Shown: piece after piece, positions 48,428 to 62,292 of the stretch
Numbering within the stretch: the first letter of the stretch is position 1
Layout: each line of letters opens with the position of its first letter
Assembly (NCBI RefSeq): GCF_964204645.1
Contig: NC_134027.1
Location: forward strand, 10,386,485-10,450,484
Source of the DNA: Tubulanus polymorphus
Taxonomy: Eukaryota; Animalia; Nemertea
Direction: 5' to 3'
DNA: 64,000 nucleotides
The notes under the pieces: model-generated
Databases searched by the model: none
What the model saw: only the letters and a program-made list of their open reading frames with translations
Told to the model about the DNA's origin: nothing
Program-made: the position numbers and the translations under genes

Positions 48428-51400
48428 CTGCGAATACAAAATAGCAAAATTTCCAACTTAATCCGTAAAAATTCTGAATAGCGGAATTCACTGTCAATTG
48501 ACGCTAAAATGAATGACAAGCTTGCGTAGATATCACCATAAAGTCACCGTGTACAAAATGCTATTTCACTGGGTTTTTATCGAACGCTGAAAAATGTTAA
48601 CGCGTTTAGGAAATCGGACGCATATTTTCGGTCATGTATACTGAATTTGATGAACATAGGGTGCAGTGATATGATATATTATGATATTATAGAATTGACC
48701 TTGAATGATTGCTGCTAATGACAAATTCAATTCTAAATGGTCCAGAACGTTTGTATTTTACTGTAGGCCCTACGAGCTAAATAATCTACGTTATACAAAT
48801 GAACTGCATTCCCGCCAAGTTTAACCAAATGTCTAAATGACTACCCGAAATAATGTAATACAAATACCATTTAGTTTCTTCTATTGTCAAATGAAACGAT
48901 ATGAGCATCAATTTCGATTCGTGCTCTCTTTTTAAATATTATTTTCCTGATTTCCCTCGGTGGTTTGCGCGATCAGATTCGAGATGATCTCGACCGTGAT
49001 TCAATTGTACACTCAGACCGAATATCGATGTTCTTCTGGCTAATAAACGTTTCCTTTCTATTAATTAGGGGCGTAATTGTGTCAGACGAAATTCAATAAA
49101 CTCGTCTTCAGGGGATTCTGCCGTATTGCGTCTAAATTTCAATGCCAGCCTGAACGAACCGCCGCACCAAGCCGAACGCGGCGAGAAAAAAGAGCGGCCT
49201 TCACATTTGAAACGCGTACGAGTCTGTGGAAAATATGAATCCTATATTGTTTGGTGAAATACGATTGATTAACTTAGGTTATATCATTGAAACTATATCA
49301 TCATGAATGAATTTGAAAGATAAATAAAAGATTGAACCGAAATTAGCTTTGTGGTTGCAGTTACATCCGGAGAAAAGGATACCTTTGCATAACCTTTCAG
49401 AGCCCGATGATTAAACGTTTTTCGTATCGGATAAGCTCCACATTTATGCATTAATAAATAGTGTCGTGTCACCCATGGTCGTTAATGTGATTTCTTTATG
49501 CTTATGTTTGTTTTATCTTCATTTTATCTTCAGAGACGCTACCCGTTTTCGCGGTGCTCGTTTCCTCTGCGCGGAGATGCAACATCTGAGTATCCGAATT
49601 GGATCCGATATTGCGATATAAGCGCAATTACGGTAGTAGAGGATAGAGAAAACACACGCAGCGTTCGGATAGATACCTTCTCGGCGGAAGGGACGAATTA
49701 TTCGCAAAACGGAGGATCTTTATGAATATTGATGCGCCAAGACGCTGTTCGTCTTAGCGAACAATAAGCCTGATTAACACGAGAAAATTGTCGGCTAAGT
49801 ATCCTACATTATCTTGCCAATTACTACGATCTGGCGAAGACAAAGAGACGACACCATCGTTTGCCCATAAGCCACGAAGACTCCCGTAGATCGGAGGAAA
49901 TAATCATTCGCTGGCAGTATTAATAATTAAACAGACGACTTCGCAGGAAACGACTAAATTGATTCTTAACTTCGCGAAAATGCGCATCGAGTTAATTTCG
50001 TTCGACTACAACGTATCAGGGCTAGCCCTGAGGGGCAGCTTATATATCCCTGTGGCAATTGTATTCATTATCCGGCTATTGAAACACCGTTATCTCGTGG
50101 TAAATAAAACTTTAGGTGAAAAACAATAATGAGAATCGATAGCGGGCCGGTTTTATCGATTCATTGGATCTTCTCTATTTTACAATATTTTGTACTAATT
50201 CCTACTACTTTATATTGTAATTTAATTCGTAAATAAAACATTATTATTATCTGATCAAGATTTTTAAGGGCGGAGGTAGGGTCTGACTCAGAGAGGGGCG
50301 CACTCCCAAAATAGGGCATATCATCTGAAAGGGCCCCTCGAATGAAAGATTGTCGGAAAACATTTAATTACTTCTGGAAATACGGAGTACAAGCTTGAAC
50401 TTTTGCATTTGAACTTTTTTTAGGATGCAGTTTTTACTTTTCATATTCACGTGAAATTTCAGGGCACCACTGCCCCATCCCCTCGGATCCGCCCATGCCA
50501 TTTCATTTAGAACAAATACATCGCCAAACTGAACTTGAACTGAAGATTCTACTAATTAGTTAAAACATCGTAATTTTCTTCGTTATGGATAATTCCTAAA
50601 ATCAATCATCATTATTTTTCAAGTTCGAAAAATAATAGACCACGGATAGCTATCCCCTTTTGAGCCCCTCAAGTAGGCGGGTGACTGGATCGATTTGTCC
50701 ATGTTGCTGCTCCATAAGATTGTTGACACAGACCCATGGAAGAAGACATTACTCCTCGAGTCGCGTGTTTAGCTGTTATTGAGTTTTCGGAAATGTTCGT
50801 TTCTTCTCTAATTGCCTGTGTTATAATTGACGAAAGCGTATCGCGTTCGGGATCTTCCGTATAAGGCGACAGAAAGAGAGATTTGTTTGTTCGTCGCTGG
50901 TTTGGGACAATATCGAGCAGTAACGACTTCTTTTCAAAAGTTAGAATTCGTTTCTCAGTCAACCCGTTCGCTTTGGGAAATGATGAATCGGCAGGAGTCG
51001 AGGAAACCGTAGCTCTGTGTGGATGTTTAACACGTGAAAGATCTGAAATACTCCCCCGTTATAGAGGAGCTGATCAGTTTTCTTACCAAGAAATAAGGTA
51101 CCGGCTACCCACTAGATGGTGTGAATAACGGTCGGCTTGATTGTGAATTTTGTATATTATATTGTCTATCTTCATGTACCATAGAAATGGTTAGAGTTTA
51201 AATAAAATCCTAATCCTTTTTTTCGTTGGAGTTAGTTCACTTTCATCTAACTTTGAATATGGTTTTGTAGGCTCTCGAATCAAGAATAAGAACTAGTTTT
51301 CAACAACGTTGCTTGGTATAGTTCCCATTGATAGCAGATGTAGTTTAGCGGTTGGATAATGAAGTATACTAGCGAACCTGGCGGATGGTCACTTGCCACA

Positions 51401-52963
51401 AGTGGAATCATCGCTTGCCACAGTATCGTTGCCGGTGTCATAGAATGAAATGCCTCCCCTTATTTATTTACTGTAGATCTCAGGATTGTAGGTAAGGGCC
51501 CCATTGTGGACTATTCACTTAATCCATCCGTCAAACTATTTGTTAGGGTATCCGACATCGGGGACATCTGATTCTATGACAGCGGTACCAAAATTAAACT
51601 TAATCTAAGGATGTATAAAATTGATGGTATAGTTATGAACGTCATATGCATGTCACTGAAACTTGTTCCGTGCCATCTGTTGGAACAACTTTCGAACCAG
51701 TGTCATTTTCTAACAGTAATCGGAAATAAAAAATAGAAACAATCCGTCAAGCGATATTGTTTTCGTTTCCTGACATTATTAGCCAATAAATCAACTACGT
51801 TCCGCGGTTTACATTATTCGTCCGCGGGGGCTATTTATTTTACCGTAATTTATGTATTACGAGCGCTCGCTACAAGCGATCAACTCATATTGCCGGACAG
51901 AATTGTGCTTTGCTATTTCACCAAATATTGACCGGCAAATCAAATTTCGAGATAATATTTCCGACAGTCGAATAGCGATCCGACCGTCTCCGCCACTATA
52001 CTCCACACACCGCCGTTGTTGACTCTATCCGCGTAATGGCCATGTCAATATCATTTAATCTACGATATCAAATATAATCTAACGGGTTCTGGTCTTTAGT
52101 CCATCATCATTTCTCTACACGCCGATTCGGAGTTACATTAAGCCGTGTTTTGCAGTGATTCACCGAGCACTTGCAGCTCGAACGCGGCATAGCGCGGCGC
52201 AGCGCACCGAGCAGAGCGCGGTTTTATGACATGTCTGGAGAGATGATTATGGCTAATGTTTAATTGACTCCATTTCAAATCCGCTGTGTTTAGAACTCAA
52301 AATAATCATCGATCATTTTATTTCATATGTCGACGACGACGACAACGACGACATGATATAATGAAACATTGACGTCTGATTTTGATTTCACCGGTGACGA
52401 ATGCGGCAACGTCGCCAAGAAATCAAGAAAAATGTCGAATTCTTTTTCTAGCAATAACAAAATGATTATATTAATTTGCTTTTTTTCATCTTTTCTGCAA
52501 CGACTTTTTTCGAACATGTTTTTTTTTTCGGTTTCGAGCTGTATGAAGTAATACCAAAGTATTATCGTATCAACGTCCGGACTAAAAAACTTGAAGAAAC
52601 AATGCTGATTCACCAATCAAAGCGCTCATGCATAAAAACGCATTCGAGTCAATGAATGGAATTTTTGGCTTATTTAGTTTTTTGACAATGATCATCGCAA
52701 ATTATGGCTTATAACAAAATTGGCTGGCTAATATGGGCTCTCCTCAATTCTTAAATGGTGTTATGTCCCATAAATATAAAATAGCGATGTTCAGAATTTA
52801 AATCGAAGTTTGATTTTCTGCATCTAATTATTCCCTAATTCGCGATGATTTAGATGATAATACAGGGGTGTTTATCTAGGTATTCTTACCCCGGGAGCCG
52901 TGAATACGAATGATATAGCATAAAACGATTATCTCTTTTCTAAAATAGAGAATAAAAATGTAC

Positions 52964-53020
52964 CTTGAGGTTGGGGACTCGCTTGTGGTGGTGTCCAGGG
53001 TGATTTTCCGTACGACGGAT
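52964..53020 (-). CDS. ERG: ERG/FLI internal exon (DPSYGKSPWTPPQASPQPQ)
   Basis: 57 nt, TTGCAG/GTACAT, phase 1-1; resembles the ERG/FLI1 D(P/L).Y....WT exon. Confidence 0.75.
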
Positions 53021-53326
53021 CTGCAATAGTGAAAAGATCAGAATTGTGATAAAACCATAATTGGAATATCATTAGTAAAATAGAATTCCGGGATTCGAAT
53101 TCATCGAGAAATAACAAACCAAAATTGTTTTTGGTTTCTCTCATGATGAATTTCGTCCGAACTTCGAAAATGTCAGAAAATTAATATTTTAATTATAAAC
53201 TGTGGGGTTTGCTCATGAAGTCTGAGGACTGAGATTGATATCAGTCTACCAGTCAAATTGTTACAACTGTTTATATCTTCGAGTTCATTTTGGCAGTAAG
53301 AAATGCGAAAATGCACAATTCACTCC

Positions 53327-53640
53327 AATTACAATTACAATTAGTTTATTTACTCCACAATTATACAATTGCACGGAGCAGAAAATAATCTAAAATATAC
53401 ATTGCAACATTTAACATTAGAAATGTATTAAACATTTACGTATGTACAACGCCAGTTTTTTAAGGGTTTGGCAATTTGAGTTGAACAGATTATACAACTT
53501 TACATCATTGGGGAATCTCCAATAACGCTCCGGGATGTATCTAGCTCTGGATTCCTAGAAGTACGGGCAGACGAGTAATAAGTGATATTCATCCCCCACC
53601 GCCTCTAAATCACACTTTTGGCACAGCCTATTCGAATACG
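53327..53640 (-). mobile_element. RTE-X-like LINE 3' fragment
   Basis: The minus strand reads RLCQKCDLEAVGDEYHLLLVCPYF*ESRARYIP...PND.KL..LF (C-terminal CCHC knuckle), then AATAAA and a (TTGTAA)n tail. Confidence 0.75.
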
Positions 53641-54747
53641 ACTTTGCAAACATCCGATCAGATGGAAAATGATAATCGCGATAGCCGAACTTCTTAATTT
53701 GTCAACGATGGATTAATGGGCTGTTAAGGGTTGTATTACAAGCTTTTTCACTCGATGGCAAACATTCTAGTTGACAACATTGCATCAATTTCGTCCTTGA
53801 AAACTGACCTGGTCATAAGATAGCCGAGATCAAACTCAATAAAATCTACGCGGCATATGCCCTTGTTTATATTGGTTCCGATCGAAACCTCGGTAACTCG
53901 TGTGTGTGTTTGCTCGTTCGCTCCCCGGCAAGCTTCATTATTCTCGACTTAAAACAAATTTCGGAATAAAATTCGCCATCATTACGTGTTTGCTTGCAAA
54001 TTTCGGCCATATGCTGCCGAGTTTTACCCCCGAAAAGAGATCGGGTTTAACGTTTTGTGCAGTTTAATGAAATCAACGGATTATGGAAAATACCAACGGT
54101 CGACGAAATGGAATATTTTCCCACGAAAGACTAGTAATAAATTTAAATTGATCGTACATTCATTGATTTGGTTTCGGAATTTTACTTTCACGATGTTTAT
54201 TTCACGTGCTAATGCATTCAGTACGCCGCTTATTCAAACAACGAAGGTCATGTATGCGGAATATTAATAAAACGACACAATTAAAAAGAAAACGGAAAAC
54301 AGTTACCGACTAGGATGGTTTAATTAACCAATTAATGAGAGCGGGAATGCGAGAAAATATTCATATATGCGTTATTGATTGAGATTATCGTGAAACCACG
54401 CGTCATCATCAAATTGAAATGTTTACTTTCTGACCATTTATCCATGGCGGATGCATAAATTTGAGCAGAACGGGTCAAACACGGTGTTTTCCCAGGTATA
54501 TAGATTTTTTTGATATTTCAATGAAAAATTCATTCATAAGTATTTGGGCATTACATACAGTAATTTCTGGCAGACGCCAAAACAATTAATAACGATTTGA
54601 ATTGTGGTTAGTTTCATCATTGATACTATCAAGATCACTATCAGAAAATTTTTGAACACGGAGCATGGGTGTCGAAACTCTCTAACCCCTTGGATCCACC
54701 CCAGTTATCAGTAGAGCGTTTTTAAAAATGAATCGAAGATTTCTTAC

Positions 54748-54823
54748 CTGGAAACATCATACCTGATAGACCTCCGAAGGTACATGCCCGATAGTAGTCC
54801 TGTTGTTTCATCCCTTGCATCAT
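54748..54823 (-). CDS. ERG: Candidate alternative first coding exon of ERG/FLI (MMQGMKQQDYYRACTFGGLSGMMFP)
   Basis: ATG at 54823 and a strong phase-1 donor CAG/GTAAGA that joins in frame with the 53020 exon. TATA and CCAAT boxes lie upstream. Confidence 0.6.
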
Positions 54824-55042
54824 CAGTAGATGCGGCGGGCGACGTTAGAAAATGCGGTTCAACCGGTTATTCACTTGCCTCTGGTATAGTTCCCCTTATT
54901 TCGTAAACAAGCGAACCATTGAATCACCGATATGAGGATGCGGAAACCAAAATCAAAAATCATTCACTTCCGAATTTTCAGGAATTGACTTTGTGCTCTT
55001 ACACGAAATATATACATAAATTCTGTGCATTTTACGTTGGCG

Positions 55043-55120
55043 CTTTTATAAGCTCAGCGACAGACGACCGCGAATGGACCAATCGCTGAGCGTGTGGATT
55101 AATTATGCTCGGTGATTGGC
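55043..55120 (-). promoter_or_regulatory. Candidate internal promoter: TATAAAAG (55043-55050) with CCAAT boxes (~55079, ~55115)
   Basis: Canonical TATA box on the minus strand ~220 nt upstream of the ATG at 54823, flanked by CCAAT/ATTGG motifs. Confidence 0.5.
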
Positions 55121-58100
55121 TTAAGTAGGCGGTCGTTCTGGATACGCGCGCATACACCGACTAACCATTCCTGAAACTCGTTCGTTTACAGAATGTGCAT
55201 AAATAACCCCAAAAATGAACGATCCCGTTTGTAAAAATTAGATAAAAAAATTAAATGCGAATTGTCCTTCTGAAAATTCATAATCATTCTCTGCACGATT
55301 TGGCTTAATTTCAAGTCTACGCGTTTGTAGTTATATTCTTACTTATCTATGGGGGAATGATTTGGTTTAAAGAAATTGATGTGCACTTTTCTTCGTAATT
55401 TTTATGGCTCCGAATGACCAGTAAACATCCACAGTAGAAAATATCAAAGAATGAGCGGAGTACAGACTTTCGGAGGCTCTATTAAACAGATAAAGAACTA
55501 AATTTGTGTTACAGCATTTCATAGGGATTTACAGCAGATTAAACAAGGTTGAAGGTACACGTCAGAAATGCGATTGGTAATTAAAAGGAGCATGACAGTA
55601 ATATTCGTCAATTTTTTCGGGTATTTCGGGAGGAAGTTGGAATCTCTAACAAGGTAGCGCGCGGCGCGTGCGTCCGTGCGATGCGACTGTCGAGCATTGC
55701 ATTATCCCACGGGACTCGATAATCTACAGTGGTACGTCGATTACGTATTGTTTGTGACGTTTGATTTTTAAATTACGCCACACCGAAAATATAAACGTAA
55801 CGCGATTAAAGCATACGTTTTATGTCGACTGTCGGGGGAGGAAAGTGCCACGAGGAACATGCAGACCCAACACGGACAGCACCGACACGTGTCCGCGCAG
55901 TTCTTGGGAAAATCAAACTTTTGCCAAACATAAGTGCATCGGTGCACGAGAATCGCTCAAAACTTGCTTCCCGTCTCATGTCTGAAATCCGCTTTTGTTT
56001 AAACGCGCATGTATTTTTCATATTTTCAAGTGGGCTCGTCGCGTGCGATCATATGCTGGTCATGTTCAGCCCATTGTGCGCCTACTCTTACTAAAGCTAA
56101 CTAAAGTTAATTTCGAGCGTATTAGCGATTTCGGGATTATTAAAATGCGTTTGTTGGTTTTATCCTCTATTCGGATCCCACGCGCCTTCCAGAATATAAT
56201 GACCGTCTGCAACAGTCAGTGCCTAGATACGGACGTACAGTAACGACCAACAGTTCGAGTTGCTTTGTATGATAGTTTAAGCTAAAAAATGATATCTTGT
56301 TTCTCCTTTCGGCTAAGCTTAAAGGTTGACCCGGCCGTATAGAAATGAACTGATTTCAAATTTTATTGCGTTTTATAAATGACTATAGGATGTTTAGGAG
56401 AAACAAGGTACCATCTTTTAGCATTAGCCCTCGCAGAACCGGGCTTTTAAGTGCGATCAAATAGATATTATGGATTGTTTCAAGGCTAACCGATTAATGT
56501 AAACATCTTATTTTAGAATATACGCCCGGATTTCACCATCGATTTTCGAAATTCACGCGGTACTAGATCCGCGAAAATCCCCCATCAAAATTTCCCAGAT
56601 TGACTGAAGAAACATGAAAATCAGTTAGAAAACAAAGCTATTTGGTATTAAACTATCTTAAAAAATGGCAATAAGAGACATATGGTGGGGCAGCCATGTT
56701 TTCTTGAAGTGTCAGCGATCATCGGAACTCACTAAGGGACTCCAGGTCTTTCCATATACCAAAGTGTTTCATAATATTTCAAAAGCTAAGTCAAAGAAAC
56801 AGTGGCAGATGAAAGGTTTTGTAGTATAATGAATATGCAGTCGACCACGAATTACCGAGATGATGGGGTCTGTATCCACGGGAAATACACCGTCAGTTTG
56901 TACATACAGGTGGGCCTAGGTTGTGGACGCACGAGATTTCGTCCTCGTTAAAAGGTCGTAAACTGCCCCGGTGCGCCCGATCGGCTTCGGTCGGTCGACG
57001 CACGTCATTGCTTAACAACCAGCGTAGATCGTCATTTTATAGCCGTAATCGTACGCGCTAAATGATTATGGAACTAATATCGGAGGATTTTATAACTTTT
57101 CGAGTCGGCTGGTGAAATATTCAATAACGCACCATTCTCGATTGACACGAGTCTCCACACGACCGAGGCAGTATCCGACTGTGGTTTATTGGTCCCTGCA
57201 TCGTCGACTTAATGTACGTACGCTCAGATTTTTATGCGGACGTTCGTTAAACCTACAAAAGCAAATGTTTTTCGACAATAATTCAGCCAAGGCTGAGATA
57301 TCAATTAATTAAGAATAATCAAACGGCAAATTTGAAAGAATATCATAGTTTTCCATAACGAAATAACAATTCTGTAATGTTGTTGTTAGAAAGGAGAACA
57401 ACTCAGTGGAGAGAGTCCTATAGATAATCGGCTTATTGACACGTACGATCATAATGAAAAGAAATGGAAAGAGAGGCGAAAACCTCACTGAACCTTAAAG
57501 GTCTGTAGTGAATTGTAGCCACAATATTCATATCTATTCAGTTCCAATTGATGGACTACAACCCATCAGTCTATTCACACGCATAGGAATTAGGAGAAAA
57601 AAACGATTAGTTGTACTTTTGAGTATAGAAGCTGAACTGATTTTTAGCCGCTCCCCGATAACACTGCCACCATTGCGCTGACGTCATGCCGCCGTTATTG
57701 GCGGCTGTGTGTGGTTTCATATATCAATAACTGCATCGTCGAAGCCGTGATTTTACGGTGAAATTGAGATTGAAAGCCGCGACGATTGAAATTGGTCAAT
57801 ATCAAGGTAATAACGACCGTCGACTGCGTGTTTATATACGATCATGTCGTCAATGGAGCCGGTTAATTTGACCGTATTTACACTCGATCCGAAACGGGAA
57901 GGAAAGCTTTATGGAGTATTGCCGGACCGTCAAGATAAAATTGATGAAACTAATAGTAGTGCCTGGTTGCAGTAAACAATCCCTAGCGGTTGCGTTAGCT
58001 CGGTTTCCTGTGCCTCTTCCCCTAAACCAATATGGTTAAGCGACGAAGGAAACGGGCTCAGAATTCATTTAAGTGACTACACAATACGGATTTTCCGCGA

Positions 58101-59611
58101 CACGCCAGATAAAAAGTCGTAAAAGCGAGTGTCAATAACATGTTTGCCCGGGCGAAATGCATCAAGAAACCGAAGACAAAAGAAGTTTATTTGATTCGTG
58201 GCTCGAATGAAAAAACTCGTCAATCAAAACGACACGTTCCGTATCAAAAAATCGTTCCAGCGTCCGCCCCACGATTTTTCTGAATGCTACTTATATTCTA
58301 TGGTCGAGTCTTTATGTGAGCAAATCGGTAGTTACAGATGATTTGAAGAAAATTTGAAATAAAATGACGCCTATAGCAAAATGAGCACACACGCGTTTGT
58401 TTAAAGAATGGGTCTTTGTACCGTACTATATTTCACCGAGCCTTGTCGAATGAGCGTATTATAAATCTTTCGATTGCATTTTAATGGCCTACCTTTCAAA
58501 GAATTAGAGACTCTTGAAAAAGGATATCTATTAAATCATTTGCTGCTGTACTGACGATTGTTCTTTTTGGTCGTCGTCAAACGAAACGCCCTTGAACTCG
58601 ATATAGAGTCCTCACAAAAAAGAATGATGCTCGACACGTGCCTCAAAAAGTGGCTCGTGAAGTTTTTAAGAATCTCTTGACATCCGTAAAAACAAGTTAG
58701 TTTCTGCCTAACTGGGCTCAATTAGGCGACAATGGGGCACTTGTTGTCATTCGCTTATAGCCCAGATAAAATCCGGCCATAAATGCTTTAACAAAAAAGG
58801 TCTATTTATTTCCATTTTTGTACAACTTCTTAAAACGACCAAAAATCACCTTCTGTCCAAAAAATCTTTCTTTCGTCGACAACAAAGGGTTAACGATTCA
58901 TTTGCATAAACTTCTATGTTCTCAATTTTCACAGGGAGTTATGACATTCTCATAATACGTAGAGTCCAATATTGAGGACGGATATCCCATAATTAGATAT
59001 AAAACCAGAAGACATTATTTTATATCGTGGAAAGATCGAGAATTAGGGATTTCGTTCTATGTACATTATTCAAATCAGCGGAAGCGAGCGTGAGATAGAG
59101 CCGAGATGCAGCGAACCGCGGAAATGTCGGAAGGATGTTCTTCTCGCAGTCTCCGTCGTTGACCGGATTAACTAAGCCCAGCTAGATCCGTATCGGAGCG
59201 GTTGCATTTCCCCGAACAGTCCCGGGACTTCCTCGCCCCTGGTGCTTACCTATTACGGCCGCAAATAGCATTGGAAATAGAGGAAATCACTATTTCCCCG
59301 TGATATCTCAATATAGCCGCGTGGCAGTCACTCTGTTATTATATAGAGTAATTGACGCGTCGCGGGAGACGCTGGAATACATGGAAACGCACTTGGCGTT
59401 ACGTGTACGCCTATCAAATATTTCAATTCTCTAAACTAATGACTTTATCGATTCCTGTGATAAATGTGATCAAAGAATCCGCTATACGTTCTGGCGTGCG
59501 CGACTATAACGGTCGTTAAAAGTTCATACGGTCATAAATTAAACTCGACATAGATTCGTACGATACACGTACAAAATACCGACTCAAACTGTTCAGCTTT
59601 TACAATTTATT

Positions 59612-61365
59612 CAATAAAGAAGTTTCCAGTTTCTAGGCGTCATTTTGTGGCGGTACCTCGAGGTCCCTGTTGTTGCGATAATTTGCGCTCAATTTTAAAA
59701 CATAAGTTTAGATTGAATATCATATAGTTCTGCAGTCCCTTGCTCGACGAAATCAATTTATACACCATTTTAAAGGAAATGAAATGCAGATATTTGCTGG
59801 CGATTTTTGGAATTTATGAACGCAACAATTGAGAACAGTGACGATGTGAAACCAAGGACCGCATATCTTAACCGTGCGTAAAAGAAATCGCAATATTTAT
59901 TAATTTTAAAATATCTAAGTATCTCTTAAAGCTATATTTCCAATTTTCACAGAGGTTAAAGAGGGTTATTTGCAGTTAAAGCATGCGTTGAATTTTTAAA
60001 AATATCTTTCCTGACGACTGATCTGTACCCGCTTGAGTTTGAGATTACGCGCAAAAGGGGTCTCCCACTGCGCATCGCCATTTCACTGAACATTGAGATT
60101 TGTGAAAAGAAATCGCAAAAATAAGATTTTATACTGGTTTGTAATTATCAATATTGCTTCTGATGGTTATATATTACCTTTATTTTCGTATGGTTGAAAA
60201 TGGACTTTAAGTGTTTTGATGAATTCGAGTTTTGTAGCGTTGGGAAATTAAAGGATTTCTTGTTAGAGTGGGGACTTTCTGTGTTGGTTGCAAATGTGGC
60301 CTAGTTGAGAACCTAATTTGCGTTTCAACCGAATGTACCACTCATGGTTGGACACTAGAAAAAAAATCTAAGTTTTTATATATTTTTGAATATGCGGCGC
60401 AGCTGAAAGTTGCCGAACTGGACGTTGACCCCCTAAAACAGAATATCAAATGGGGGACAGATATGAACCCCTTTAAATATTATATTGGAATTTTATATCA
60501 GTAAGGTTTTCTGGTCGATGTTTTCCAGCAAGAAGGTTGAGATTCATTAAATTCATCGTATGATCCCAGAATGAGGGATTACCAGAGAGAGATATGTGTT
60601 AAATATGTCCTAAGCGTTTAAATTGACTGGCACATTTCACCATCGACTCTAAAACGTTTGATTTCACCGAACACAAAATCGGCGCTAGGCTGGACGGGCT
60701 GTATACGACAATTCCTCAACTGGGCCGTTCACACTTCAATAGCGGGACAAACCGGATCCCGGAACCAGATTAACGAATTGCTCCCGCCAAAATACGGTAC
60801 AAAGAAGATATGGATTATCATCTCAAAGTATCCCCATGGAAAATGTGAAGAAATCAAATTGCATTTAAAAATTTCTTGTCGCAAATCTCAATGTTCAGTG
60901 AAATTGCAATGCGCAGTGGGAGACCCCTTTTGCGCGTAATCTCAAACTCAAGCGGGTACAGATCAGTCGTCAGGAAAGATATTTTAAAAAATTCAACGCA
61001 GGCTTTAACTGCAAATAACCCTCTTTAACCTCTGTGAAAATATAGCTTTAAGAGATACTTAGATATTTTAAAATTAATAAATATTGCGATTTCTTTTACG
61101 CACGGTTAAGATATGCGGTCCTTGGTTTCACATCGTCACTGTTCTCAATTGTTGCGTTCAAAAATTCCAAGAATCGCCAGCAAATATCTGCATTTCATTT
61201 CCTTTAAAATGGTGTGTAAATTGATTTCGTCGAGCAAAGGACTGCAGAACTATATGATATTCAATCTAAACTTATGTTTTAAAAATGAGCGCAAATTATC
61301 GCAACAATGGGGACCTCGAGGGACCGCCACAAAATGGCGCCTAGAAACTGGAAACTTCTTTATTG
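59612..61365. mobile_element. Foldback-type non-autonomous DNA transposon, ~500-bp terminal inverted repeats
   Basis: 59612-~60115 is a near-identical reverse complement of ~60870-61365 (ends CAATAAAGAAGTTTCCAGTTTCTAGGCG / CGCCTAGAAACTGGAAACTTCTTTATTG). The ~750-bp spacer has no recognisable ORF. Confidence 0.92.
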
Positions 61366-62014
61366 CGTTAAAAATATCGATGGGAACTTTTATGAAAATC
61401 ACAACCGGAGGAGTTGCAATATTCATAATAATGTTTTAACCATGAACCATATATGACGAATATAGTCCTCGGTGGAACGTTGGAGTAATCATTTGACAAT
61501 GGGTGAGTCAAATGATTACTCCAAGGTGGACCTAAACCCAGGCACCGATGAATTCATGTGAGGTAGTTGAGTGTTTTTGGGTGTCCTCATTTGGAGATAT
61601 CAAGACATGAAATATGTTTTCCAAAGAGAGCCTCTACGCACTTAAGAGCTTGATAAATTATAGTATTTCGAATAGGAAGTTGCGGGCCGTCAGTATGGCG
61701 TTAGTACCAATCGCGTCCTCGGTTAAGGGACATTATTCGCTGGCTGCCTTTCGGTGCTTTTGCACGCGTATCTACCAAATAGAAAGAATAGAAAAAATCT
61801 ACGCCGAAATTATATATATGTATGTATATATATCCGTTCGTAAGTCAAACGTAATATGTCAAACGTAATATCTAAGTAAAGCTGAGTATCAAGTAATCCA
61901 ATACTTGCTTAATAAAACGGGCACGTGTTCCCACCCGTTACAGCCTACTAATGGGTTTCAAGTGCGCCAGATATTAACAACACCTCGTCTATGTACGTTC
62001 CATATACTTAAGTT

Positions 62015-62292
62015 ACCGGAAGTCACGTGGAAGCATCGGACGAGTATAGCAGAAAACGGAAACAAGAAGAGATGTAGGTAGATTCCAGACTGCAAACAAG
62101 CCGGCACTCGGAGCCAGGAAACTGACTACTAAAATTCTGACATCGAGTGTCCAATTGATTGTTTTAACATTACTGACATCTTTTCGGATGCTGGAGAGGC
62201 AAGGCAAAAAGGCTCTTGATCCGCAGAGAGTAATTGACGAAAGCACGATCATCGTCGTGTGCGCATGAGCGAGCGACGCACAGCCGGAAGTG
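62015..62292. promoter_or_regulatory. ETS/E-box motif cluster
   Basis: ACCGGAAGT abutting CACGTG (62015-62029) and GCCGGAAGTG (62283-62292); another CACGTG at 61922. Confidence 0.4.

Noticed and set aside
61559-61580. let-7-like TGAGGTAGT; also miR-100-like (49884) and miR-125-like (26068) seeds
   Set aside because: Matches stop after 8-10 nt and no hairpin partner arm is evident.
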